A stretch of 56,303 nucleotides of DNA from an uncultured Candidatus Saccharibacteria bacterium (GCA_964624665.1 CAZUZG010000003.1:1-56303), one strand, 5' to 3'. Numbered from the stretch's first letter, positions 8,096-17,259 are shown. The notes: a model not told the origin generated them from the letters alone. Numbers and translations are program-made.

Positions 8096-10488
8096 TCCTA
8101 CTTTTTATGCTATTATTAACGGCAGAGGTTAAGGCGCAAAGCAGTTCGCAGAACCTGGCCAAATACTGGTATTTAAGAGATCGGCTCCTTAACCATTTCG
8201 CGCCCATTGGCACGGGCCGTTCCGAGAGTTTTGCGGCCGCCATTACTTATGGTCATGATTGGAAATATGAAAATGACACAACCATTCATTATGGCGATTC
8301 ACCCAATCATCAGGCATTATACATAGGTGTTTTAGCCACCGAGTACCGCCTTTTAAAAAACAACGGGCAGGATGTAAGCCAAACCGTTAAGGAGCTGTGG
8401 CATGCCATTTATGCTATAAACCGCATGGATATGAACGAGAGCCATTGCCCCTGGAACAGGGATGGCGCTACCGGCAATTTTAATGGCCGGACAGATGTTT
8501 TGAATGGCTTTTACAGCCGGGAAGATATATTTGAAGAAGGTTCCATAGCGTGGGATGCCGGTTTTAGTTCTATTAATAATAATAACTCATTAATAAGTAA
8601 GGTCAACGAAAATGTCGCTGATCCGGCTTTGGATAATCAGTTGGGTAACCCACCTAAAGTGGGTTTAGTTTCCTGTGGGGTATACAGGGTAATTGAGGAA
8701 AATGGATTTAATTTCATCAGCTACCCCATTTATCCTTATCAAAAACATACCGTTGATATATGCCAGGAAGGTGCCGCATACAGTTTCGATTATTATACCA
8801 GCCTTTTTGTGGCCTTTGCCCAGGTTGTAAAATACCTCGACGATGGTGTTAACTTTAATCAGCAACCATTTCAGGATAATGAAACAGATATAAAGCAGGA
8901 GGTTAAAAGAATAACTGACCGTATGATGGCCTATATAGAAACCGGCCCTTATGGAAATGGTACTACGCCCTTTTTGCTCCTCGAGCCCGATGGCGATGAG
9001 GTGCATAAGTGGGGCAGAACAGCCGTACATTTTGCCTATGGTATGGAAATGGCAGCTTATAAAATTACCGGCGACAATGCTTATAGCATAAAAGCAAGTA
9101 ATTTATATGTACCTGGACTAATTCCGGGTGAATCTGAAAATTTATGGACCTCATTAATTGATATTTATGTTGGTGGCTCGGATGCCCTTACAGCCCTTTC
9201 ACAATTTGTTGACGCAAATTTCGACTATAATTTGCTAGATGGTACTAATTCGGTTTGGGAGGTATTAAACATAGCGGCCGTAGGCGACTCATGGGACGAG
9301 CCTCTAAGAAGCACCCAAAATAATATCTGGTTGGCGAGTCATTCTAATGGTTGGGAAAGTTACTATCCGCTGCTTCATGCTTGCCTTCAGGATAAAAATT
9401 GCATTACCTCCAATTCCACCATTGAGGACGATTTAAATTCCATGCCCTGCGGGGGAAACTATAACCTGGGAGATGGAGTTGTTTCGCCTGGATGGGCCGT
9501 TCCCATAAAATGGCATTACCGGTATGGCGAAACATTGTCTGGAAGAAGTGGAACGGACAAGGATGGCATTTTTAATTCCCTCGACTGGATGATGCTCTTT
9601 AACCTTTATTGCCTGTATAATGATAATTATGTAGGCAGCTACCACAAGGTAATGCACGAAGATTTAAACCTCACCGGTTCCTTACCCATTGTGCTTCCTA
9701 CATTACCTTCTAATCCATATTTAGTGGCCGAAGGTTCAGAGAGTACTGGCTCATCAGCTATTTTAGCCAACCCTAAAAAATATGTTACAACAGGAACAAT
9801 AACATCTAACCAAATAATTGAAAATAAAAATTTAAGCGGCACCTATACCGCTTACGATTTTACAAACCAAACACCTGTAACCATAAACATTACAATTACA
9901 GATAATGCCATAGCCGATGTTACCTATAAATCTGCATCAACAATACGTTTAACATCAGGTTTTCATGCAAAACCGGGCGTTAAATTTCACGCATATACCG
10001 CCCCCTTGCATTGCAATAGCAGTGGCACAGACTACGAGCGTTTATCAAATAACACAAACAGCGGCAAGGATAATACCGTTGCAAGCCCAACCAATGAATT
10101 TAAACAAACAACACCAATTAATCAGAATGTGGCCATAAGCAATTCAGGATATAAAACAACAGGCGCAGGGAATGTTAATGCTAACAGAAGCGTAGCAAGC
10201 AATGCAGCATCGAGCGTTGCAAAAAGCGGTGGAAATATTTTTGCCATTGCACCTAACCCTAATACAGGCCTGTTTGAAATAAATTATTCAACAATTTTGC
10301 AAACCAACAATGCAGTTCGTGTTTCAATTACAGATGTTTCCGGGCGAGTGGTATGGCAACAACAGCAAGAAGGCGGTACAAGCAGTTACATATGGCCGGT
10401 CAATCTGAGCCAATACTCCAAAGGATTATATTTAATTAAATTGCAGAATGGGGAAGTAACTAAAACAGGAAGGATTGTTATAAATTAA
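8074..10488 (+). CDS. T9SS type A CTD-containing secreted protein with uncharacterised N-terminal domain
   Basis: Signal peptide; IRLTSGFHAKPG coathanger-like motif; C-terminal IAPNP...ITDVSGRVV...KGLYLIK..RIVIN. Confidence 0.85.
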   Translation: MERNKKIVLLFMLLLTAEVKAQSSSQNLAKYWYLRDRLLNHFAPIGTGRSESFAAAITYGHDWKYENDTTIHYGDSPNHQALYIGVLATEYRLLKNNGQDVSQTVKELWHAIYAINRMDMNESHCPWNRDGATGNFNGRTDVLNGFYSREDIFEEGSIAWDAGFSSINNNNSLISKVNENVADPALDNQLGNPPKVGLVSCGVYRVIEENGFNFISYPIYPYQKHTVDICQEGAAYSFDYYTSLFVAFAQVVKYLDDGVNFNQQPFQDNETDIKQEVKRITDRMMAYIETGPYGNGTTPFLLLEPDGDEVHKWGRTAVHFAYGMEMAAYKITGDNAYSIKASNLYVPGLIPGESENLWTSLIDIYVGGSDALTALSQFVDANFDYNLLDGTNSVWEVLNIAAVGDSWDEPLRSTQNNIWLASHSNGWESYYPLLHACLQDKNCITSNSTIEDDLNSMPCGGNYNLGDGVVSPGWAVPIKWHYRYGETLSGRSGTDKDGIFNSLDWMMLFNLYCLYNDNYVGSYHKVMHEDLNLTGSLPIVLPTLPSNPYLVAEGSESTGSSAILANPKKYVTTGTITSNQIIENKNLSGTYTAYDFTNQTPVTINITITDNAIADVTYKSASTIRLTSGFHAKPGVKFHAYTAPLHCNSSGTDYERLSNNTNSGKDNTVASPTNEFKQTTPINQNVAISNSGYKTTGAGNVNANRSVASNAASSVAKSGGNIFAIAPNPNTGLFEINYSTILQTNNAVRVSITDVSGRVVWQQQQEGGTSSYIWPVNLSQYSKGLYLIKLQNGEVTKTGRIVIN

Positions 10489-10638
10489 ACTGGACTTCTG
10501 TCCCAACCAGAGCTATACTCCACCCGTAAGCCCCAAGGGGAAGCAAGGCCCTGCTGAGGAGCAACCTTGTCAGCAATAAGGTTTACCGGCTGTGGTTGCA
10601 CAGTTTTGAACCACGACAATAAAATTGTCGTGGTTTTT

Positions 10639-10875
10639 TTATATCTCCCCAGTCTGAATAAATTCAAGGTATTTATCAAGCATCCATCCTTCTGTAAAAG
10701 GAACAATGTCAAGAATAGTTTCCAGGCTAATATCGATTACAACCTCCACATAAAAATTATTGAGACGATAAAGGGTAAATGATTTATCATTTTGTACCAC
10801 CGTAGCAAGCTGCGATCCGTCCGTCCATAAAAGCGCCGCTTTATGGTCTAAGTCAAGCTGTAAAAAATCATTCAC
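10639..10875 (-). CDS. small hypothetical protein of Bacteroidota type
   Basis: LLW.DG..LAT....FTLYRLNNFYVEV pattern. Confidence 0.65.
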   Translation of the reverse strand: MNDFLQLDLDHKAALLWTDGSQLATVVQNDKSFTLYRLNNFYVEVVIDISLETILDIVPFTEGWMLDKYLEFIQTGEI

Positions 10876-11058
10876 TTTAGTTCTATTTATTAGACTTGTA
10901 AATGGTGGGGGCTCAAAATTAAAATAAAAGGCTTTAAATAGCCCCTGGTTCGCTTAATTTTCCACTTTAATATAAAAGGGTTAAAATGACCCCTCTAACG
11001 TAACCATTGCCGTAAAATGGCTTAAAGAAAACCTAAAATTTGTGGTAGCTTTTGAAAA

Positions 11059-11102
11059 AATAACACGCAGAATCGCACGCGAAATAACACTCAATAACAC
11101 TA
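11059..11102 (+). repeat. four tandem arm-type integrase-binding repeats
   Basis: AATAACACGC, AATCGCACGC, AATAACACTC, AATAACACTA at 12/12/10 nt period. Confidence 0.65.
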
Positions 11103-11122
11103 CAACTCTTGAGGTCAAAATA

Positions 11123-11146
11123 AAAAGCCCTGAAATTCAGGGCTTT
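11123..11146 (-). terminator. hairpin downstream of tRNA fragment
   Basis: AAAGCCCTGAA/TTCAGGGCTTT inverted repeat. Confidence 0.65.
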
Positions 11147-11150
11147 AAGT

Positions 11151-11194
11151 AGTAGCGGAGACGGGAGTTGAACCCGTGACCTCAGGGTTATGAA
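11151..11194 (-). pseudogene. tRNA-Met(CAT) 3' fragment = att core
   Basis: Minus strand TTCATAACCCTGAGGTCACGGGTTCAACTCCCGTCTCCGCTACT gives anticodon loop, T arm and 3' acceptor strand; no D arm or 5' acceptor strand upstream. Confidence 0.85.
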
Positions 11195-11285
11195 ACCCGA
11201 ATCCAGCCCAAACCAGCCTTGAAAACCCTACAAAACGGGTAAAACAGGTCAATAGTTGTAAATATTTGTCCTTACGGGTTCAAAA

Positions 11286-11307
11286 AACAACACGCGGAAT
11301 CGCACTA
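11286..11307 (+). repeat. two arm-type repeats right of att core
   Basis: AACAACACGC-gg-AATCGCACTA. Confidence 0.6.
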
Positions 11308-11399
11308 TTATTTAATAAAGTTCTAAATAAAGCCTAAATTGAAGTTTTCATGAACAATTTTTTATTTTATTGAAATAAATTGTTAATTTGTTCCGTTAT

Positions 11400-11960
11400 A
11401 TGGAAATACTTTTGGTTCAAACCTTAAAGGATAGGGATAATGCTGATCATGTAGAAGAACATGGCCCATTTATTTGTGTAAAAGACCATGCTTGGCTAGG
11501 AAGGGGATACTATTTTTGGGATACTCATTTAGAATTAGGGCATTGGTGGGGTAAAGTTGCCTGTTCGGGAAATTACATGATCTGCGTTGCTGACGGGGTC
11601 ATTGACTCTTCTTGTTGGGATTTACATGGAAACGGAAAACATCGCATAGAGTTAAAGGAAGTTTGTGATGAATTGATAAAATCCAAATTAATGAGCAAAG
11701 AAAGTATTACCATACCAAGGTTAATTGAATTTCTAAAAAAGAAAGGAAAATTTGCTTATAAAGCAATTAGAGCTTTAGGCATGAGGAGTATGGGTGATTC
11801 TAATACTGATTTTATTTTAAGATTTCCATTTGAAATACAGAATCCATCGTATTTAGAGGTGTATCCAACGGTTCAAATTTGCTTAATTGAGAAAAACGCA
11901 CTATGTTTGCGGTATTATAGAATAGTTTATCCCGAACATTACAGTTTGGAGTTTGCTTAG
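11400..11960 (+). CDS. CmdT-like ADP-ribosyltransferase toxin
   Basis: WLGRGYYFW motif and C-terminal VQICL; upstream of a small gene and a SecB-like gene. Confidence 0.7.
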   Translation: MEILLVQTLKDRDNADHVEEHGPFICVKDHAWLGRGYYFWDTHLELGHWWGKVACSGNYMICVADGVIDSSCWDLHGNGKHRIELKEVCDELIKSKLMSKESITIPRLIEFLKKKGKFAYKAIRALGMRSMGDSNTDFILRFPFEIQNPSYLEVYPTVQICLIEKNALCLRYYRIVYPEHYSLEFA

Positions 11961-12038
11961 ACCAAGGTGATTGAACAAAATTGAAAGTTAAATTAAAACA
12001 AATTTATTGTTGCTTTCTTACTTTAGTGATCAACTAAC

Positions 12039-12067
12039 TTGACAAAAAAAAGTAAATGGTTTAATAT
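12039..12067 (+). promoter_or_regulatory. internal promoter for antitoxin
   Basis: TTGACA-17-TAATAT. Confidence 0.4.
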
Positions 12068-12105
12068 AGCGGGAGTATTAAATTGTTATTTAAAAGAAGA
12101 ATATT

Positions 12106-12348
12106 ATGAAAAGTGAAATGGTAAATTGGCTGAGAGAATATCTAAGAGATACTCCGGCTGAAGAGGTGAAGAAGGATTGGAAGGAAATAGAAGAACTTGG
12201 ACTGCGAGGCCCAAATGCTTATGACTATTTGGAATTTATGTCGGATAGTTATTGCAAAGTTTCATATCCTCCGCCTCGAGAAGAAAATGAGGTAGACTTA
12301 ATCTCAAAAATGACTCCGGAATTTTCGGAGTCATTTTTTTTTGCTTAA
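12106..12348 (+). CDS. putative CmdA-like antitoxin with aromatic C-terminal (ChAD-like) tail
   Basis: 80 aa, lies between toxin and SecB-like gene, ends PEFSESFFFA. Confidence 0.6.
   Translation: MKSEMVNWLREYLRDTPAEEVKKDWKEIEELGLRGPNAYDYLEFMSDSYCKVSYPPPREENEVDLISKMTPEFSESFFFA
12306..12342 (+). terminator. terminator-like hairpin inside antitoxin 3' end
   Basis: AAAAATGACTCCG / CGGAGTCATTTTT 13-bp inverted repeat plus T run. Confidence 0.6.
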
Positions 12349-12357
12349 ACTTGTAAT

Positions 12358-12801
12358 ATGAACAATGAAGAAATAAAAAATGAAGTTAAAAAAGCTTCTT
12401 TCGATTTTTCGAAATTTAGGTTTTCTAATTTTCTATTTAATGAATCGCCAAATAATAGTGAAGCATTAAGTGTGGATTTTAAACCTAACGGAGTTTTTTT
12501 TGAAAAAGACGGCCGATTTGAATTAACAATCATTTTTACGGCATTTGCGAAAGAGAAACCTGAGAACCCAATAATACAAGCCACAGTAATAGGGTCATTT
12601 CTTTTTGTCGATAATCCATCTTTTGAAGAAATTCCGCCATATTTCTATAAAAATGCCATTGCAATTATTTTCCCTTACATAAGAGCATTTATTAGTTCTA
12701 TGACAATACAGGCAAATTCTAGAATAATCGTGCTTCCAGTATTAAATTTGACCTCCTTAGAACAACCATTAAAACTAAATACTACAGTAGATAAGAATTG
12801 A
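12358..12801 (+). CDS. SecB-like chaperone (CmdC-like)
   Basis: NAIAIIFPYIRAFISSMT...IVLPVLNL SecB signature. Confidence 0.85.
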   Translation: MNNEEIKNEVKKASFDFSKFRFSNFLFNESPNNSEALSVDFKPNGVFFEKDGRFELTIIFTAFAKEKPENPIIQATVIGSFLFVDNPSFEEIPPYFYKNAIAIIFPYIRAFISSMTIQANSRIIVLPVLNLTSLEQPLKLNTTVDKN

Positions 12802-12844
12802 TGAGTGTTTCTTTTAAAGTATATTGGTTTATTCAAAATAGTCA

Positions 12845-12866
12845 AAAAACACGCGTAATTGCACTA
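12845..12866 (+). repeat. second copy of paired arm-type repeats
   Basis: AAAAACACGC-gt-AATTGCACTA resembles 11286-11307. Confidence 0.5.
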
Positions 12867-12986
12867 AAGAGATATATTAATCTTTAGGATAAATTATTTT
12901 AATTAACGAAAACAAGGGAATAATATTTTAAACCCGCCATTCCAGTTTAAAAAAACTATAACACAGGAATCACTCGAGGTAATACT

Positions 12987-14243
12987 TCAATGCTTGGGTG
13001 GCTCTAATCCCATGTTTTTCATAGCTCTATTCCAAATTGGAACTGCCATAAAGAACCCAAAATGATTTTGAAATTCAGATGCTTTCGACCCAATATTAAA
13101 TAACATTGTAAAAATTTCGTCTTTAATATCCTTATTCATGCACTCATGAATAAACTCAGTCGTTTCATCATATAACTTCAGATTAAATAAACACTGACTT
13201 TTTAAAACAAATATCACTTCTAACAAAGCTTCCTTGTTCGTGAAAGAAAAATAGGTATCTACAAAATCGTGTAAATCTTCATAATAGTTACCTAGTATTA
13301 TCCTTAAGGAGTTTTCCTCCTCATTAATTTCAGTTTCAATAATTTGATTACACAACGCAAGGGAGTCTTTAGATTTACCTAATAGATTAAGAACGGCGGC
13401 TTTTAAAAAAAGCCATTCTTTGTAATTAGGATAACTTCTGAGTATTTCTTCTGCAATGGTGAGTGCCATCCCATAATTCCGTTCTTCTATTTCAATATAA
13501 AAAAGAAGGCTTTTTGCAAAAACAAACGATGGGTCAAGTTGTATAGCCTGAGTTGCTAATTCTTTTGCTTTGGGAATATCACCTTTTTTTAAGCAAGTAA
13601 TTGACCACTTATAGGTATTCGCCAAAATACTACGATTATACTTGTCATGTATAGGTCGTTGTTTACTAACTATCTCTTTGTAAAATTCATTCTGTTTATC
13701 AATATTATCGGAGTTAAAAATTTCGTTTTCTTTTTCCTTTGAAGGGAAACCAAGAAGTTGGTCAACTAAAAGTTGCAAACCTGTTTCAATTCTCTTTTGA
13801 GATTCTATGACCTCGTTTTTATTTTCAACAGGGGTGATCTTTTTCTTTTCAATGTAATCTTCAAAAGTTCGATATCCATAAAGAGCATCGTTTATCTTCT
13901 CATTTATTTTGTTTTGAATCTCAAGGGACAAGCTACTAATATTAGCAGTTTTGTTATAAGGCGAGTTTCCGCCTTCTGGTAGGTCGTGTATATCTGTGAA
14001 ATTCTGCCAAGTTCCATAACCCAACCATTTACAAAGCCGCTCTAAAAAATATTCTTGCACAGGTCTTTCTCCATTCCATTGCGCTTCCATTGTGCGAACT
14101 ACAATGCATATTACTCCAGCAACCCTCACTTTGCCGGCATCGCTTAGTTTGCTTTTTAAATAACCACCATCAGTGTCTTTAAGGCAAACCAATCTCTTTA
14201 ATAATTCAAAGTGGTAAGTATATATAAGAATGGATTTAGCCAT
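12987..14243 (-). CDS. TPR-repeat protein with N-terminal HTH-like domain
   Basis: LERLCKWLGYGTWQNF N-terminal motif; TPR helices (AKELATQAIQLDPSF, ALTIAEEILRSYPN); divergent from element operon. Confidence 0.7.
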   Translation of the reverse strand: MAKSILIYTYHFELLKRLVCLKDTDGGYLKSKLSDAGKVRVAGVICIVVRTMEAQWNGERPVQEYFLERLCKWLGYGTWQNFTDIHDLPEGGNSPYNKTANISSLSLEIQNKINEKINDALYGYRTFEDYIEKKKITPVENKNEVIESQKRIETGLQLLVDQLLGFPSKEKENEIFNSDNIDKQNEFYKEIVSKQRPIHDKYNRSILANTYKWSITCLKKGDIPKAKELATQAIQLDPSFVFAKSLLFYIEIEERNYGMALTIAEEILRSYPNYKEWLFLKAAVLNLLGKSKDSLALCNQIIETEINEEENSLRIILGNYYEDLHDFVDTYFSFTNKEALLEVIFVLKSQCLFNLKLYDETTEFIHECMNKDIKDEIFTMLFNIGSKASEFQNHFGFFMAVPIWNRAMKNMGLEPPKH

Positions 14244-14597
14244 AATATTTATCTATTGCAGAGTCTTAACAATGAATAAAACGATGCGTCATAAACCTTT
14301 CATAAAAACGTCAATTCCTATGACACGCTAATAGTCGTGCTTTGTATCATCAAATTAAAGATATAAATAAAATGACAAGTGTTCAAGTGATATTTCAAGT
14401 AAAAAATGGAATTAAAAAAACCACCGCTTGCAACGGTGGCTTGAGCTCAAGTCGAAACCTGAGTGCCTTAGTAATGTCGAAGATTACAAGACCGTTACAG
14501 TATAGCAAAGCCCACAAGCCAAGTCAATACTGCAACACTAGCCGTCTAACCTCTTAAATCTCCCGCATTTCTAAGGTGCTATTAAACCAATAGCACT

Positions 14598-14873
14598 ATG
14601 AAAAACATAAACTACAAAGAAGAATTTAAAAGGCTGGAAGCCTTACTTCACAAACTGCAATCTACAAAGACTGGTCAAACAGTTTACCGCAAAGCTTTAG
14701 TTAAGAGCATAAAGCTGTCGGTACAAGAGCTGGTTAAAATCACCAAAGCTATTACAGAAGAAAAAACTCATGTCAATCAGCAATTCAATAAAGCTGATAA
14801 TGATGTTGAAGATTTTTCCTTTCCGCGAAGAATTGACGATGAGAATATACGATTTGACAGAGAGGGGAAATAA
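14598..14873 (+). CDS. hypothetical protein
   Basis: 91 aa, first gene of element operon. Confidence 0.6.
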   Translation: MKNINYKEEFKRLEALLHKLQSTKTGQTVYRKALVKSIKLSVQELVKITKAITEEKTHVNQQFNKADNDVEDFSFPRRIDDENIRFDREGK

Positions 14874-14899
14874 ATATAAACCATAAAACAAAAACAGCC

Positions 14900-15100
14900 A
14901 TGAAAAAACCAAGAAGAAAAAGCAACGCGAAAGCATTGGAAGCCCTGCAATTCCTAAAGGAGATTTCCGAAGGGAAATATACTACCGGCCCTTTTCAAAT
15001 TCGCCTATGTCGAATTGGTGAAAAATCTGAAGCGACAGATGACAAAAGCGAGCAGGAAGATGTGAGCGATAAAGAAGATAAACAGGAAAAGCCAAAATAA
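14900..15100 (+). CDS. hypothetical protein
   Basis: 66 aa, A-rich leader aaaaacagccATG. Confidence 0.55.
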   Translation: MKKPRRKSNAKALEALQFLKEISEGKYTTGPFQIRLCRIGEKSEATDDKSEQEDVSDKEDKQEKPK

Positions 15101-15101
15101 A

Positions 15102-15416
15102 ATGGAACTGCTATCTATCGAACATATCAATGAAAATTACCTGTTCTATGAGACCTTGAGGGGAGCCAAAAAGTGGCTCTCCAAAAAAGGTTTATTGATA
15201 GTTCGCATTGGCCGAAAGTATTATGTCCGCCATGATGAATTTATGCAGGCGCTACAAAACCTCATGCCCGAAACTCCGCCTTCAAAACCCATAACAAAAG
15301 CAATTAAGCACAAGCCAGAAAGCGAATACGAAAAAGCGATATATAAAAACTTAATAAAAAAGATTGACGGATTTGACTGTCCTAAAGAGAGGACGGTATA
15401 CTCCACACCACTATGA
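15102..15416 (+). CDS. excisionase-like winged-HTH protein
   Basis: AKKWL..KGL.IVRIGRKYYV; overlaps integrase start. Confidence 0.6.
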   Translation: MELLSIEHINENYLFYETLRGAKKWLSKKGLLIVRIGRKYYVRHDEFMQALQNLMPETPPSKPITKAIKHKPESEYEKAIYKNLIKKIDGFDCPKERTVYSTPL

Positions 15417-16831
15417 AAAAACCGCTTCACATACCTGCTTCTAAAAAAACAAGCTCGCTATACATATGGTGCCAGGTCTGCCGGACTCAGGTGGTTGAAC
15501 TATGCAAAAAAACCGGTGAGCCTTTAAGCAAATGCAAAGAGGGCAATTCTCACTCCTATCGCGCCGTTGTGTATGAGCCAGGAACAGGCAAGCGACATGT
15601 TCGCCATTTGGGGCGTGATTTGGAGCAGGCGCGAAAGGCAACGATTGATCTGAGGGCCGAAATAAGGAGGAATAGCCAGCAAAAGGAAACCAAAGAAGTT
15701 AAAACCAATCAACCTGAAACCCAAAAAGGATTAAACCTGTTATTAGCCTCTACACGCCATATTGCCCATTTACGCGGTTTACGCGGAGCCGCCCACACGC
15801 TCCCGAAAAACCTGACGGAGCCGTATATAAAAAGCATAGAACGCTACCATGTTTTGTTCGGACAAGCTTTGAAAATGAATGGCGTAAATCCAAAAACAAT
15901 TTGTGTGGAAGATATTACACAGGAACACATAGGATTTTTTCACACCTTTTTATTAGAGCAAAAAAAATATGAGTCAAAAACATACAATTCGGCAATGGAT
16001 TCGCTCACGCTACTTTTCAACTATTTAAAAAAGCACGAAGGCTTTAAAACCTTAGAAAACCCATTTGAAGAAGTTAGAAAATTAAAAGTAATTCCAAAAA
16101 AGATAGAGACAATCGAACCGCATGAATTCAGTGAATTATTGGCATTAGCCGATGATCCAACCAAAGGCGAGCAAACACTTTCCACCGGACAAAAAAAGCA
16201 AATATATTTTTCCTTCAACCGCGATTTTTTCATAGCGGGATATATGCTTGGTTTGAGGCGCGAACAATTAGTTTCGATACGTTTCAGTCATTTCAAGGAA
16301 GACCCCGCAACACATGAGCCGATTATCATAACCTCCAATAACTTAAAGGTGGAACGGATTATGAAAGACGGGGAAGCCAGAATAACGGCTGTTCCAGTAT
16401 CGCCGCAATTCAGAGAATATCTATACAACAACTTAAACTATGAAGCCAACAGAGGCACAGACAAGTATTTGATTGCAGACGATAGCCCATACAAGCGTAA
16501 AACCATAATGGATATAGTCAGTAAAGCTTTTACCCATTACTGGAAGCAACTGCCATATTCAAAAGATAAGGATATTTCCTTCTCAAATCTTAGAAAAACC
16601 TATGCTACACAATTACAATTATTAGTTGGCTCAAATGCCCGCTTTATTACAAATCATACGCCTGAAGTTATAGATAAGCATTACACGAACAGGGAAGCCA
16701 TTGCTAAAGAGGCCGGACAACATAACCTATACCCAACCCTAAACTTAACAACAGAAAGGAGGCAACATGAATTAGAAAAGGCCAGAGTATTAAAACAGGA
16801 AAAGCAAAAAGGCATTGAAAAAGAAATTTAA
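15413..16831 (+). CDS. int: tyrosine integrase
   Basis: GLRREQL, NLRKTYAT, NH...HY catalytic motifs; SAM-like core-binding region. Confidence 0.9.
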   Translation: MKKPLHIPASKKTSSLYIWCQVCRTQVVELCKKTGEPLSKCKEGNSHSYRAVVYEPGTGKRHVRHLGRDLEQARKATIDLRAEIRRNSQQKETKEVKTNQPETQKGLNLLLASTRHIAHLRGLRGAAHTLPKNLTEPYIKSIERYHVLFGQALKMNGVNPKTICVEDITQEHIGFFHTFLLEQKKYESKTYNSAMDSLTLLFNYLKKHEGFKTLENPFEEVRKLKVIPKKIETIEPHEFSELLALADDPTKGEQTLSTGQKKQIYFSFNRDFFIAGYMLGLRREQLVSIRFSHFKEDPATHEPIIITSNNLKVERIMKDGEARITAVPVSPQFREYLYNNLNYEANRGTDKYLIADDSPYKRKTIMDIVSKAFTHYWKQLPYSKDKDISFSNLRKTYATQLQLLVGSNARFITNHTPEVIDKHYTNREAIAKEAGQHNLYPTLNLTTERRQHELEKARVLKQEKQKGIEKEI

Positions 16832-16846
16832 AAATCATTAACAACC

Positions 16847-17257
16847 ATGAAAACACAAGACCAAAAACCAACACGCCAAAAACTAACTTTCATTGAAAGT
16901 GAAATGTCAGAAAGTCCGTTCATCCGTGTAATGCAGGCAGATAAACAACTTGGGGCCATACACCGCTCGTGGGATGCAGACAATAACAAGCCTGTATATA
17001 CAGTCGAAGATGAAAACGGCACAAAGAAGTTTATCAGTGGACTAACACTCCAAGATATTAAGCGGGGCTTTATCCAACACTCAAAGGAGATTTTTAATTC
17101 AATCATCCCTGAACCCCCTGTTATTACAGGGCAAGAAAGCTTAGAAGATTTGAAGCCCGCAATAAGCAGAGAATTAAAAGCTCGGGTGAAAACCATTGAG
17201 AATGCAAGGAGGGCTAAAAGCAAAACTAAAAACAAATCAAAAGGATTAAACAGATAA
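16847..17257 (+). CDS. hypothetical protein with basic C-terminal tail
   Basis: Ends RRAKSKTKNKSKGLNR. Confidence 0.7.
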   Translation: MKTQDQKPTRQKLTFIESEMSESPFIRVMQADKQLGAIHRSWDADNNKPVYTVEDENGTKKFISGLTLQDIKRGFIQHSKEIFNSIIPEPPVITGQESLEDLKPAISRELKARVKTIENARRAKSKTKNKSKGLNR

Positions 17258-17259
17258 CT

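Noticed and set aside
10490-10580. GC-richer stretch with TGCTGA/TCAGCA hairpin after the T9SS gene
   Set aside because: One modest stem with no promoter or repeat support; not enough to call an RNA
11059-11102. CRISPR array
   Set aside because: Repeats are 10 nt with no spacers, and no cas genes are in the window
11151-11225. Intact tRNA-Met
   Set aside because: 5' half (acceptor strand, D arm, 5' anticodon stem) is absent; treated as att core
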